This document shows positions 37,113 through 47,738 of a stretch of 64,000 nucleotides of DNA, piece by piece (the stretch's first letter is position 1; every line of letters starts with the position of its first letter). This DNA is from Blastocatellia bacterium (lineage in GTDB: Bacteria > Acidobacteriota > Blastocatellia > UBA7656). The stretch spans positions 4,357-68,356 of the forward strand of contig JBJMGV010000116.1 of the NCBI GenBank assembly GCA_045807725.1, given 5' to 3'. Below the pieces are notes generated by a model. That model was not told where the DNA came from, ran no database searches, and worked only from the letters and a program-made list of their open reading frames with translations. The position numbers and the translations under genes were made by a program.

Positions 37113-40100
37113 ATGACTAAACGATTCGCCGGCTCGTCCGGCAAAGGCAAAGGTTCACGCAGGCAGCGACGCGCTTTGCCGTTCACCGCTCTGCTTATTA
37201 CAGGAATCTGCTTATTGGTTGCCGTGGGTTTCGGGCTGTTTGGCAAGAGCAGCCCAAAGGCCAGCGCGGCAGCGCAAATGAATGACGGCGTCAGCCCGGA
37301 AGCGTGGCAGCAGATCGAGGCGCTCATCGCCGAGAAGGAATCTCGCACGGGCGTGCAGACCAAGTTGGATTCGCAGTTGATCTATGAGCTGAAGATGCAG
37401 AACGGCCAGCCCGTTGCTAATGGTGTGCAGGCGGTTGAGACCGACCTGGAATACACCGACACGGGCCGGGTCGCCCTTGACGTTAAGGCCAACGTCTCCG
37501 ATGGCTTGCTCAGCCAGTTGCGCGGCCTCGGCGCTCAGGTGGTCAATGTGGTGGCGGCTGAAAAGAGCCTCCGCATCAATGCCGACATCAATCAGGTTGA
37601 AGCGATTGCCAGCCTGCCCGATGTGATCTTCATCCAGCCCAAGCAGGACGCCACGACCTCGCAAGATGATCGTGTCGAAGATGACCGCCATGCTGGCAAG
37701 CGCGCCGTGAAGACGGCGAGGCGTTTCACGCTGCCGCCGAATTTCCAGGAGCGCGCAGCGAAGGTCGAGAGCTTCATGCATACCGCCGTGGCCGGCGCGC
37801 AAGTTAATGTGGCCGGCACACCGCCGCCCACCGGCGTTGGCAGCCGCAGCTCGGAAGGCGACGTGACGCACCGTGCTTACTCGGCGCGCGGCACCTTTCA
37901 CATAGACGGCACGGGCGTTAAGATCGGCATCATGTCCAACGGCGTGGCCAGCCTCGCACAGAGCCAGGCAGCCGGCGACCTCGGGCCGGTCACTGTTCTG
38001 CCCGGTCAGGCCGGCACTGGCGACGAAGGCACGGCGATGTTAGAGATCGTTCACGACCTCGCGCCGGGCGCGCAGCTCTTCTTCGCCACTGCCAACCCGA
38101 CCATCACGCAGTTCGCAACGAATATCCGCAACCTGCGCGCGGCGGGCTGCGACATCATCGTTGACGATGTCTTCTATTTCGTCGAAACGCCTTTCCAGGA
38201 TGGGCAGGCGGCAAGTGTAGTCTCGAATACAAACGGCGGCGTCGTCATTCAAGCCGTCAATGACGTGACGGCCTCGGGCGCGCTCTACTTCTCGTCAGCC
38301 GGCAACTCCGGCAATCTCAATGACGGCACCTCCGGCACCTGGGAAGGCGACTTCTCTGATGGCGGCCCGACCGCTGCGCCGTTGCCCACCGGCAACCGGC
38401 TGCACAATTTCGGCGGCCAGAACTTCGATGTGATTACTGTAGCCGGGTCGGGACCGCTCACGCTCTACTGGGCTGACCCGCTCGGCGGCTCGGCTAACGA
38501 CTACGACCTCTTCGTCCTCAACAACACCGGCACGTCGGTGCTCGCCAGCTCGACCAACATTCAGAACGGCACGCGCGACCCCATCGAGCAGACGGCCACC
38601 GCCAGCCAGGTGGCGGGTCGCCGCGTCGTCATCGTTAAGAAGGCAAGCGCCCAGGCTCGCTTCCTCCATCTGGAGACGAACCGTGGCTTCCTGTCGCTTG
38701 CAACCGCAGGGCAGACGCACGGGCATAACTCCGCGCCCGACGCCTTTGGCTGTGCAGCGACGCCGGCGGTCGGGCCTTTCCCGAACGCATTCAGCGCCAG
38801 CAACGTCACCGAGACGTTCAGCTCGGACGGCCCGCGCCGCGTCTTCTTCCAGGCCGACGGCACACCCTACACGGCGGGGAACTTCTCTTCGAGCGGCGGC
38901 GTGTTGCGCCAGCAGCCGGTCATCACGGCAGCCGATGGCGTATCGGTGACAGGCGTCGGCGGATTCGGCAGTCCCTTCTTCGGCACCTCGGCAGCCGCGC
39001 CGCACGCGGCAGCGATTGCCGGCCTGTTGAAATCGGCCAACCCCTCGCTGACACCTGCGCAGATTCGCGCGGCGCTGGTCAGCACAGCCATTGACATCGA
39101 AGCGCCGGGCACTGACCGCGACACGGGCGCGGGCATCATTGATGCTCTTTCCGCGATACAGGCGACCGGAGCGCCGGGCACGGCCTTCCTCGAATTCGCT
39201 TCGATCACGGCTAACGAAGACCCCGGCGATGGCAATGGCAGCATTGACGCGGGCGATGGCGCGAGCCTGCTCATCCAACTGCGGAACCCCGGCGTCGCCA
39301 ACGCCACGGCTATCTCGGCGACGCTGACCAGTTCGGATGCCGGCGTCATCATTCAGCAGCCCAATGGGTCTGCTTATCCTGATCTGGCGGCGCTAGGCGG
39401 CAGCGGCACGAATATATCGCCGCTGCGCTTCACGGTTGCCAGCAACGTCACTTGCCCGGCGACGCTGCACTTCACGCTGACGGTCAACTACACGGGCGGC
39501 ACCAGCCCGCAGGTGATGACCTTCACCGTTCCTGTCGGCCCGCCGGCAGTGAGCCTTTCGTCTGTGCTCGACACCACAGCGCCCGCTTCAGGGCCGGGCT
39601 TCACAGGGACGACCGGCACCATCGGGACGCGCGAGTTCCGCGATGGCATTGCCAGCGTCTGCGGGACGACGAAGCCGTTCCCCGGTACGACCCAGCCGGG
39701 CACGCGCCAGTATGACGCTTACACCTTCACGACCTGCTCGAATAGCGTGGCCAGTTGCCTCACGGTGACAATGAGCGGGGCGAACGCGATCAATCTCTTC
39801 ACCGCCGCTTACCTGGGCAGCTTCGATCCCAGCAATCTCGGCACGAACTGGATCGCCGATCCGGGATCGAGCGCCGCGTCGCGGACCTATTCGTTCAACG
39901 TGCCGGCGGGACAGCAGACCGTCACGGTTATCGTCTATGACGTGCCGCCGGGGCTGGCGACGCCCAGCGGCAGCACCTACACGCTGAAGGTGTCGGGCGG
40001 CTGCATCGGAGCTTGCGCGACGGTTAATCAGGTGCCGGTGGCTCAGTGCAAGAACGTGACCGTCTCGGCAGATGCCAACTGCGTGGCGAATGCTTCGGTC

Positions 40101-40964
40101 AATGACGGCTCATTCGATGCGGATGGCGATGCATTGACCATTACCCAGTCGCCGTCAGGGCCGTACCAGAAAGGCACGACCAGTGTCCTCTTGACGGTGC
40201 GCGATCCGCGCGGCGCGACTTCGCAATGCACGGCAACCGTCACCGTCGTAGACACGACGCCGCCTTCGATCACTTGTCCGGGCAACATTGTGCAGAACAC
40301 CGATCCGGGCCTGTGCTCGGCGCGGGTTTCCTACAGTAGCCCTGTGGTCAGCGATAACTGCCCCGGCGTTGGCGCGCCCTCCTGCTCGCCGCCGTCCGGC
40401 TCGGTCTTCGCGAAGGGCACGACGAGCGTGAACTGCTCGGTCGCTGATGCGTCGGGCAACACGGCGACGTGCAGCTTCACCGTCAAGGTCGAAGATCACG
40501 AAAAGCCGGTGGTAACGTCCAACTTGCAACTGACGCAACTCTGGCAGCCTGATCACACGATGAGGGTCGTCGGGCTGACGGCGTCGGCTACCGACAACTG
40601 CGACTCGAACTTGACGCTGGTGGTCAAAGTCTACGGCGACGAGAACGACGAGGAGCCGGTGGGAGATGGCAACTTCTCGCCCGATGCCAATAACCTCGCG
40701 GTCGGCTCCCTGAGGTTGCGCGCTGAACGCAACGGCGGGCGCGACGGGCGAGTCTACTTGGTCGTCGTCACGGCGACCGATTCGTCAGGCAATGTCGGGC
40801 GTTCGGTGAAGACCGTCACGGTTCCGCTCAGCCAGAGCGCCGCCGATTTGCAAAGCGTCGCTAACCAGGCGGCAGCAGCCAAGGCGTTCTTCGATGCCAA
40901 CGGTGTGCCGCCGGCGGCTTACTACGTTATCGGCGACGGCCCGGTCATCGGTCCGAAGCAGTAG
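37113..40964 (+). CDS. Exported S8/S53-like subtilase with C-terminal Ig/HYR domains
   Basis: AGGAGGT RBS; 'DEGTAMLEIVHDLAPGA','SSAGN','FFGTSAAAPH'; HYR-like Cys repeats; 'LRAERNG..DGRVY'. Confidence 0.88.
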   Translation: MTKRFAGSSGKGKGSRRQRRALPFTALLITGICLLVAVGFGLFGKSSPKASAAAQMNDGVSPEAWQQIEALIAEKESRTGVQTKLDSQLIYELKMQNGQPVANGVQAVETDLEYTDTGRVALDVKANVSDGLLSQLRGLGAQVVNVVAAEKSLRINADINQVEAIASLPDVIFIQPKQDATTSQDDRVEDDRHAGKRAVKTARRFTLPPNFQERAAKVESFMHTAVAGAQVNVAGTPPPTGVGSRSSEGDVTHRAYSARGTFHIDGTGVKIGIMSNGVASLAQSQAAGDLGPVTVLPGQAGTGDEGTAMLEIVHDLAPGAQLFFATANPTITQFATNIRNLRAAGCDIIVDDVFYFVETPFQDGQAASVVSNTNGGVVIQAVNDVTASGALYFSSAGNSGNLNDGTSGTWEGDFSDGGPTAAPLPTGNRLHNFGGQNFDVITVAGSGPLTLYWADPLGGSANDYDLFVLNNTGTSVLASSTNIQNGTRDPIEQTATASQVAGRRVVIVKKASAQARFLHLETNRGFLSLATAGQTHGHNSAPDAFGCAATPAVGPFPNAFSASNVTETFSSDGPRRVFFQADGTPYTAGNFSSSGGVLRQQPVITAADGVSVTGVGGFGSPFFGTSAAAPHAAAIAGLLKSANPSLTPAQIRAALVSTAIDIEAPGTDRDTGAGIIDALSAIQATGAPGTAFLEFASITANEDPGDGNGSIDAGDGASLLIQLRNPGVANATAISATLTSSDAGVIIQQPNGSAYPDLAALGGSGTNISPLRFTVASNVTCPATLHFTLTVNYTGGTSPQVMTFTVPVGPPAVSLSSVLDTTAPASGPGFTGTTGTIGTREFRDGIASVCGTTKPFPGTTQPGTRQYDAYTFTTCSNSVASCLTVTMSGANAINLFTAAYLGSFDPSNLGTNWIADPGSSAASRTYSFNVPAGQQTVTVIVYDVPPGLATPSGSTYTLKVSGGCIGACATVNQVPVAQCKNVTVSADANCVANASVNDGSFDADGDALTITQSPSGPYQKGTTSVLLTVRDPRGATSQCTATVTVVDTTPPSITCPGNIVQNTDPGLCSARVSYSSPVVSDNCPGVGAPSCSPPSGSVFAKGTTSVNCSVADASGNTATCSFTVKVEDHEKPVVTSNLQLTQLWQPDHTMRVVGLTASATDNCDSNLTLVVKVYGDENDEEPVGDGNFSPDANNLAVGSLRLRAERNGGRDGRVYLVVVTATDSSGNVGRSVKTVTVPLSQSAADLQSVANQAAAAKAFFDANGVPPAAYYVIGDGPVIGPKQ

Positions 40965-41021
40965 GCCAGATCGCTGGATTGGTGATCGGGACGAAGATGA
41001 TCCTGATCGCTTTGACAGCAT

Positions 41022-41061
41022 AAAAGGGAGGGAGTCTCTGCAAGAGGCTCCCTCCCTTTTT
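41022..41061. terminator. Bidirectional intrinsic terminator
   Basis: AAAAGGGAGGGAGTCTC-TGCAA-GAGGCTCCCTCCCTTTTT between convergent genes. Confidence 0.85.
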
Positions 41062-41089
41062 ATAGTGAAGGCTACAATTCGCCTGCCGC

Positions 41090-44029
41090 TCATTGCCCGC
41101 CGCGCTGGCGCTTCAATTCCGCGAAGGTCTGCTTCAACTGGTCGAGCTTTTCGCCGGCCTCGCGGTGACGGCCTTCCGAGGTCAGGCGTTCGTAATCGGC
41201 GAAGAGTTGCGATGCCTGATCGATCAAGCGCGCGGCATCACCGCTCGGCGCAGAGGTCGGCGCGGGCTTTGCGGCCTGCTGGTTTGCTTGCGACTGTTGG
41301 ATTGATTGCTGCACCGTTTGCTGCCCCGCTGCCTGAGCAGTCTGTGTTGATGGCTGTTGCTGCGTTTGCGACGGGCCGAGGTCAAGGAAGAGCGCGTGCA
41401 GCGCCTCGTCAAACGTCCGCCCGTAAGCCAGCCGGTCTTGTGTAGCGACGGCTACTTGTCGCAATTCGGGCAGCTTCGATTGCGTGCCCTCTGCCTGAAG
41501 GTAGAACGCCTCGACGTAGAGCAGCGAATCGCCGAGCGGGATGACGAGCAGGTTGCCGCGCAGCAGCTCCGAGCCGCGCTGGCTCCACAGCGTCATCAAC
41601 TGCGCAAGCTGCGGGTCTTGATTGATGCGAGCGCGAATCTGCGCCGGGCCATTCACCGTCACGTTCTTGGGAAAGCTATAAACCACCACCTTGCCATAGT
41701 TCGCGGCGTCGTTGCGCGCCGCCAGCCAACCGATCATATTGCTCCGCCCGCCCGACGGTGTGAACGGCAGAATATTGAGGAATTCGAGCCGCGCGTTCGC
41801 TTCGGCAGGCAACTGCATCAGGACGTGATAAGGCTGCATCGGCTCAGGCTCCTGGCCTTGCTTCGCCATTGCTTCCGAGGCCGCGATGGACCACAGGTCT
41901 TCGTGGTTATAAAACGTCTGCGGGTTCGTCATATGGTAAAGCAGGTAAGCCTGCGCTTGAATATTCACAAGCGAACTGGGATAGCGGACGTGCGCGCGCA
42001 GGTCATCGGGCATCTCGTCGGCGTCATGAAACAGTGAAGGGAAGATGCGACGATAGACTTGAATGATCGGGTCGTTCGGCTCGAAGACATAAAACGTCAC
42101 CGTGCCCTCGTAAGCATCAACGACCGCCTTCACCGAATTGCGAATGTAATTAATGCGACGCCCGCCGACATCGTAGGCCGTCGAATACGGGTAGCGGTCT
42201 GAAACGGTGAAGCCGTCAATCATCCAGAAGAGGCGGCCTTCGCCGTTGATGACCATGTAAGGGTCGTCTTCAAACATCAGGAAGGGTGCGATGTGGGCGA
42301 CGCGGCTGCGCACGTCGCGGTACAACAAGACGCGGCTATCGGCGTTGATGTAGTCGTTGAATAGCAGGCTGCTGCCGTCGCCGAGGTAGATGCTCAAGAA
42401 AAGCTTGCGAAAGAAGCCGCCGACCGCCACACCCGCGCCGCCTTCGTAGCTCGTGTAGGAGTCGGTGTTGCCGGGCGCGGGGTAATTGAATTCGGGCTGC
42501 GTGCCTTGTTGCGGCTTGGTGCGGACGTAGACGTGGTGGGTCGTGCTCTCGCCGAAATAGATTTCAGGCCGCGTCACCTTGACTTCGGGAGCGTCGCTTT
42601 CGACCGGCATATTCTTGAGCACGAGGTGCGGCTGGCCTTCGGGCGTAAACTCGTTGACCGTGTTCATCGTGACGCCGTAGCCGTGCGTGTAGACGAGATG
42701 TTGATTGATCCAGTTGCGCGACTGTTCGGGCAACTGCTCGGTATTCATCTCGCGCGCCGCCAGCATCACTTGCCGCAGCTTGCCGTTGAGCACATAGCGG
42801 TCAACGTCCGGGGTGTTGAACTCGTAATAGGTGCGTATCTCCTGAATCTGGCCGAGCGTCGCTTGCAGGGCGCGGCGGTCCCAGAGCCGCACGTTGTCGA
42901 GCGTTTCAGCATCGGCGCGAACCTGCTGCGCGGTGAGCGTCGCGGCGGGCGTGAAGGGCCGGTCTTGAAATTGATCGAGCGCGAACGCTTCTCGCGTTCC
43001 CTTGATGTTGTGCTCGATGTAGGGCGACTCTTTGGCCGATTCGTTCGGCTTCACGGAAAACGATTGTACCGATTGCGGGATGATGCCGAGACCGATGATC
43101 GCCGTCACGACGACGAGCGCGGCAAGCCACCAGATGAGTCGTAGCTGGCGCAACGCTACGGCATTAATGATCAGCGCGACCGCCGATAGAACCAATAGCA
43201 TCACCAGCACATTCATTGCCGTCAGCCGCACATTGGCATCCGTGTAATTGATGCCTGTGAACAGATCGTGCCGGTCGTTGAGCAAGCCGTAGCGGTCAAT
43301 AAAAAGTCCGGCTGCCTGGGCCAGCGCCGCGAACGCGCCGGCGGCGCTGATGGCGATGGTGGCGCGGCGGCGGGTCTGCGCGCGCGCCTCGTTGCGCACG
43401 CGCTCCAGATACCAGACGTAGGCCGAGGCCGCCGCGATGACCAGAAACAGTAAGACCGAAATCGTTTGCCACCAGCCGGTGAGCAGGTCGTAGACCGGCA
43501 GCCGGAAGAGGTTAAAGCTAACGTCGCGGTGAAAGATCGGATCGCTTGTGCCCGCCGCCTGTGAATTCAAAAAGAGCGCGAATTGCGGCCATTCCTGGCT
43601 CATGTTTATGCCGGCAAGCAACCCACCGCCGACCGACAGCAGCCACACGCCCGGACGGTAGATGAGCGGCAACAGGTTCATGTCGCGTATATCTTCGACC
43701 GCCGCCAGTCGCAGGCGTGGCCGCTCGACGAGTTCGGGAAAGAGGCGGTTCAATAACCAGAAGGCCAGCCGTAGAAGAAGAAACGTGACGGCGAAGAAAA
43801 CAATGAACAGCAGCGCGCCGAGGCGGAACTTGTACCAGTAGACGCCTGCGTAACCAATGGAGCTGAACCACAGCGAATCGATGTAGATGCCGAGGAGCTT
43901 CGAGCCGGCCAGGAACAGCGCCGCGATGATAATGGCCAGGGCAATCAGCCAGATACGTCGCTTGCGAGGGGGACTAACATCCACGATCTTTTTTTGAAAC
44001 AGCGGGTCGTCTTCCATAGCCGCCATCAT
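41090..44029 (-). CDS. UPF0182 family membrane protein
   Basis: 'LWFSSIGY','DPIFHRDVSF','NVRLWD','QEIRTYY','HLVYTHGYG','NYIRNSVKAVVDAYEG','RGNLLVIP'. Confidence 0.95.
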   Translation of the reverse strand: MMAAMEDDPLFQKKIVDVSPPRKRRIWLIALAIIIAALFLAGSKLLGIYIDSLWFSSIGYAGVYWYKFRLGALLFIVFFAVTFLLLRLAFWLLNRLFPELVERPRLRLAAVEDIRDMNLLPLIYRPGVWLLSVGGGLLAGINMSQEWPQFALFLNSQAAGTSDPIFHRDVSFNLFRLPVYDLLTGWWQTISVLLFLVIAAASAYVWYLERVRNEARAQTRRRATIAISAAGAFAALAQAAGLFIDRYGLLNDRHDLFTGINYTDANVRLTAMNVLVMLLVLSAVALIINAVALRQLRLIWWLAALVVVTAIIGLGIIPQSVQSFSVKPNESAKESPYIEHNIKGTREAFALDQFQDRPFTPAATLTAQQVRADAETLDNVRLWDRRALQATLGQIQEIRTYYEFNTPDVDRYVLNGKLRQVMLAAREMNTEQLPEQSRNWINQHLVYTHGYGVTMNTVNEFTPEGQPHLVLKNMPVESDAPEVKVTRPEIYFGESTTHHVYVRTKPQQGTQPEFNYPAPGNTDSYTSYEGGAGVAVGGFFRKLFLSIYLGDGSSLLFNDYINADSRVLLYRDVRSRVAHIAPFLMFEDDPYMVINGEGRLFWMIDGFTVSDRYPYSTAYDVGGRRINYIRNSVKAVVDAYEGTVTFYVFEPNDPIIQVYRRIFPSLFHDADEMPDDLRAHVRYPSSLVNIQAQAYLLYHMTNPQTFYNHEDLWSIAASEAMAKQGQEPEPMQPYHVLMQLPAEANARLEFLNILPFTPSGGRSNMIGWLAARNDAANYGKVVVYSFPKNVTVNGPAQIRARINQDPQLAQLMTLWSQRGSELLRGNLLVIPLGDSLLYVEAFYLQAEGTQSKLPELRQVAVATQDRLAYGRTFDEALHALFLDLGPSQTQQQPSTQTAQAAGQQTVQQSIQQSQANQQAAKPAPTSAPSGDAARLIDQASQLFADYERLTSEGRHREAGEKLDQLKQTFAELKRQRGGQ

Positions 44030-44064
44030 AGTCCCGCGCTGTTGGAAAGGCAAAGCGCCTGGGA

Positions 44065-44339
44065 ATCTCCGTTAAGAGCTGAATGTTTATAGAGCGTGTC
44101 TGAAAAGCCAAAGAAAGCCTCGCAGGGGCGCGATTCGACAGCCCAGGGCATCGCCTTGGGCGACAGGCAGGGCAAACCGCCAAGCCCTGAAAGGGCGCAC
44201 TAGGTGATCGGTTATCGCGCCCTTTCAGGGCTTGCGGAATGGTCGCTGTGTGTACCCAGGGCGATGCCCTGGGCTATTGAATCGCGCCCCTTCAGGGCTT
44301 TTCAGACTCGCTCTATAAACATCACGTCCCTGCGGGACT
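44065..44339. mobile_element. MITE-like palindromic element (TIR GAGCGTGTCTGAAAAGCC) nested within REP-like ends
   Basis: 44092-44109 and 44296-44313 are inverted repeats, flanked by ATGTTTATA / TATAAACAT and outer hairpins; interior is also palindromic; no ORF. Confidence 0.65.
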
Positions 44340-44342
44340 TCA

Positions 44343-45323
44343 TCAGCCGTTGCTTAAAGCGGCGTTGAGGAAGGCGGCTATTTCGTTGACGTAACGCTGC
44401 GGGTCGGCTTGATATGCGTGACCGTGAATCTCTGAGCCGGGGCCGTCGATGACGAGCAGCCTGCGCATCTGATCCGGCGCAGCATCGTAGAGGGTTTGAG
44501 CGATGTCGGGCGGCATTCGTTTATCGTTTGCGGCGGCGATAAACATCGCGGGCCGTGCGCCCAATCGCCGTACCGCATCCAGCGCGTCGAGCTTACTGCC
44601 ATCGAACTTGCCGCGCCATTCCATCAACGCGCGAACCTCGTTAGCGAGCGGAAAGGCGGGCACGTGGAAGAACAATCCTATGTGATGATCGGAGGTGTCT
44701 TTGAAGTTGAGGTAAGAACTATCTGAGATGACCGCCGCGACTCCGGGCGTTTCGGCGGCGGCTAACAAGGCCGTCATCGCGCCCATCGATATGCCGAACA
44801 ACACAATCTTGTCCGAACTGTGAGCTTCATCACGCAAGTAACGCACGGCGGCTTCGGCATCCAACCGTTCATCATAACCGAGCGTCACCCGCGCCGCGCC
44901 GCTGTCGCCGTGATTGCGCGCGTCATACAGCAACGCGCCGTAACCAAGCCGCCACAAATCGACAGCGCGCTCAAGCAGCTCGCGCCGCGAGCGAAACAGG
45001 CCATGTGAAAAGATGATCGTCACGTGCTTATCGCGGCTCGGCAGCAGCCAGCCGCTCAAACGCACGCCGTCGGCAGCCGCGAACTCAATGTCTTTGTAAT
45101 CGGCCTGCTTATCTTTCGGTGTCGTCGTCAAGCGGCGATCCATCGGGCGCGTCGTCGCGTGCGTCACCAGGCTCGACGCCCACAGCGGAAAGACGACGTA
45201 GAGCAGCGCGAGGAAAATAACGACGAGCGTAATCACGATGCGGCGCAGCCATTTGAAGCGGCGGCGAGGTCGGGTTTTCTGTTGCGAGGCGTCAGTGTCA
45301 GTCGTTACTTGCGAAGCATTCAT
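44343..45323 (-). CDS. Membrane-anchored alpha/beta hydrolase
   Basis: 'FSHG','YDARNHGDS','GISMG' nucleophile elbow, Asp 'NDKR', His 'IHGH'. Confidence 0.9.
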   Translation of the reverse strand: MNASQVTTDTDASQQKTRPRRRFKWLRRIVITLVVIFLALLYVVFPLWASSLVTHATTRPMDRRLTTTPKDKQADYKDIEFAAADGVRLSGWLLPSRDKHVTIIFSHGLFRSRRELLERAVDLWRLGYGALLYDARNHGDSGAARVTLGYDERLDAEAAVRYLRDEAHSSDKIVLFGISMGAMTALLAAAETPGVAAVISDSSYLNFKDTSDHHIGLFFHVPAFPLANEVRALMEWRGKFDGSKLDALDAVRRLGARPAMFIAAANDKRMPPDIAQTLYDAAPDQMRRLLVIDGPGSEIHGHAYQADPQRYVNEIAAFLNAALSNG

Positions 45324-46618
45324 TCAGTCGGCTCCTGCGCCGCCGGCTCGCCTACGGGTTCGTGCATCATCAGGATGCAGACGGCGGCTAAGAGCGTCAG
45401 CACGCCGCTCAAGAGGCCGACAGCGGTGAAACCGAGCTTATCATAAAGCGCACCGCTGGCAAGCGTCGCCGTCGCAATGCCGACCTGTGACGCCGTGTTG
45501 CGCACGGCGACCAGCGCGCCACGCGCGCGGCGCGGCACAAGCTCGGTAGCCAATGCTTGCAGCGGCCCTTGTCGAAACGCGAAGGCGAGGGCCGAGATCA
45601 AAAAGACCACGAACAACGTCACGCCCCATCCAAGGTAAGGGATCAGCACCAGCGTCGGCGCGAGCGCAAGCGTGGCAAGGATCGAGAGGCCGCGCTTGCC
45701 GAACTTGTCGGCCACCGGCCCGGCTACGAATGCGCCGATGAGTAACGCGACGCCGACCAGCGCGAAGAAGCCATTGATGGCGGTCGGCGACAGCTTCAAT
45801 CCTTGCTTGAGCCACGAGCCGAGATAAGAGAAGAAGCCGACGAAGCCGCCCGACACAAAAAACGCCGCGACGATGGCGGCAACGCGCGAACGGCCCTCGA
45901 AGGTGACGCGGATGTTGTCGAAGCGCCGCGCGATTCGCTTCGACAGGTTCATCTCGGCCATCGTGTGTTTGTCTTCGGGCAGCAAGGCCGCGACCAGCGT
46001 GAAGGAGACGAGAGAGACGAAGCCGAACAGGGCGAAGCTCAGCCGCCAACTCTTCCAGTTAGCGACCTGATTGGCCAGCGGCACGCCAAGCACGAGCGCG
46101 AAGAAATACCCGGCCTGCACTACGCTCATCGCCACGCCGCGCCGCTCGTATGGGAAGTAATCGGCGACGTAAGCAATCGAGCAGGTCGAAAATGTTCCCG
46201 CCGCGATGCCCGTAATCATTCGCACTGCCGCGAGCAGATAGAGGCTGTGAATCAACGCGGCGGACAACAGCGACAAGCCGAAGACCACAGCGGCGTAGAG
46301 CAGAAAGCGGCGGCGGCCATACTTATCTGACAGCGGCCCGATCAGCAGCGCGGCGGCGGCGGCGGCCAGCGCGTAAGCCGGGTAGAGCAAGCGCCCGACT
46401 TCGCCGACGTTCGTGCCATAGCCGAAGTCTTCGGCGATGCGCGGCAGCAAAGGCGAGATCATCTGGTTGTCGCTGGTGCCGAGAAAGAAGATGAGCAGCA
46501 GCACGCTCATCACGACGCCGCCGCGCGGCACGGCAGCGGTTTCGGTTGCCGCAATGTTGATGGCCTCTGGCGGGTGAGTTTTTGATGCAGTCACGTTTTC
46601 TTCTACGCTTCTCGGCAC
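45320..46618 (-). CDS. MFS transporter
   Basis: About 12 TM helices; motif A 'GPLSDKYGRR' and 'GPVADKFGKR'. Confidence 0.93.
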   Translation of the reverse strand: MPRSVEENVTASKTHPPEAINIAATETAAVPRGGVVMSVLLLIFFLGTSDNQMISPLLPRIAEDFGYGTNVGEVGRLLYPAYALAAAAAALLIGPLSDKYGRRRFLLYAAVVFGLSLLSAALIHSLYLLAAVRMITGIAAGTFSTCSIAYVADYFPYERRGVAMSVVQAGYFFALVLGVPLANQVANWKSWRLSFALFGFVSLVSFTLVAALLPEDKHTMAEMNLSKRIARRFDNIRVTFEGRSRVAAIVAAFFVSGGFVGFFSYLGSWLKQGLKLSPTAINGFFALVGVALLIGAFVAGPVADKFGKRGLSILATLALAPTLVLIPYLGWGVTLFVVFLISALAFAFRQGPLQALATELVPRRARGALVAVRNTASQVGIATATLASGALYDKLGFTAVGLLSGVLTLLAAVCILMMHEPVGEPAAQEPTE

Positions 46619-46738
46619 AAGCGGTTTCGCGGAGTTGCAAAAGAGTTGTAAAAGCTTCGGCTCAAGACCACAGCGGTAAGCTTCGATGCTAGAAGACCGG
46701 CGGCGCGCGTGTCAATGAAGCAAAGCGGAGAAGTGTGC

Positions 46739-46827
46739 AACCACAGATGAACACAGATGAACACAGATGGAAGAGAGACGATTAACGCTTCCCTTTTATC
46801 TGTGTTCATCTGTGTTCATCTGTGGTT
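46739..46827. repeat. Inverted 10-mer tandem repeats (AACACAGATG)x3 / (CATCTGTGTT)x3
   Basis: About 30-bp near-perfect arms at 46739-46769 and 46798-46827. Confidence 0.9.
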
Positions 46828-46935
46828 GCTTGTCCTCTCTGGAATCAACCGCGTGATGATTGTGCGACAAGCGCGGTCGGCGTGATAGAATCACCGCATC
46901 ACGCAATCATTCAGCGCGGTGGCAACGAGGCGGCA

Positions 46936-47694
46936 ATGAAGCTGACCATACTCGGTTCAGGGACAGTCGTGCCGGACGGCGCGCGCAACTCGGCGGGTTA
47001 TTTCATTGAAGCCGGCGATGTGCGCTTGATGATGGATTGCGGCGCGGGCACGGTGCACGCGCTGGCGCGAATGGGCTGCGACTGGGAGCGCTTGACGCAC
47101 CTCTACATCAGCCACTTTCACGTCGATCACGTCGGCGAACTGGCGTCGCTCTTCTTCGCCTTCAAGCACGCGATGCGCGGCGAGCGCAATGAACCGCTGA
47201 CGATTATTGGCCCGCGCGGACTCGACCGCGTAATGGATGGATTGCGACACGCATTCGGCGAGAGATTATTCGAGCCGAAGTTTCCCGTCACGCTTAATCA
47301 GCTTGAGCCGGGCGAGCAGGTCGAGCTATCAAAGACGATCTCACTCGCTGTGACCAAGACGCCGCACACCAACGAGAGCCTCGCCGTGCGCGTGGCGAGC
47401 GGCGCGCGCGCAATCTGCTACACGGGCGACACGGATTACAGCGAAGCGGTGGCGCGCTTTTTCAATAAGCCCAGTGTGATGATTGCGGAATGCTCGTTCC
47501 GCGAGCGGCGCGAAGGCGTGCCGCACCTGTCGATCAGCGACGTTGCGCGCCTGGCCGCGATGGCCGAAGCCGAGACGTTGATCGTCACGCACTTTTACTT
47601 TGAGGTTGATGAAGACGCGCTCAGGCGCGAGCTGCGACGCGACTACGCCGGCAACATTCTCATTGGCAGGGATGGTCTTCAACTCGAAGTCTAG
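46936..47694 (+). CDS. Metallo-beta-lactamase-fold hydrolase, RNase Z-like
   Basis: 'MKLTILGSG','DCGAG','SHFHVDH','YTGDT','VTHFY'. Confidence 0.85.
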   Translation: MKLTILGSGTVVPDGARNSAGYFIEAGDVRLMMDCGAGTVHALARMGCDWERLTHLYISHFHVDHVGELASLFFAFKHAMRGERNEPLTIIGPRGLDRVMDGLRHAFGERLFEPKFPVTLNQLEPGEQVELSKTISLAVTKTPHTNESLAVRVASGARAICYTGDTDYSEAVARFFNKPSVMIAECSFRERREGVPHLSISDVARLAAMAEAETLIVTHFYFEVDEDALRRELRRDYAGNILIGRDGLQLEV

Positions 47695-47738
47695 CGGCGC
47701 GAATCGGCGGTTGAATTCGGCGCGAAAGGATTGAATGA

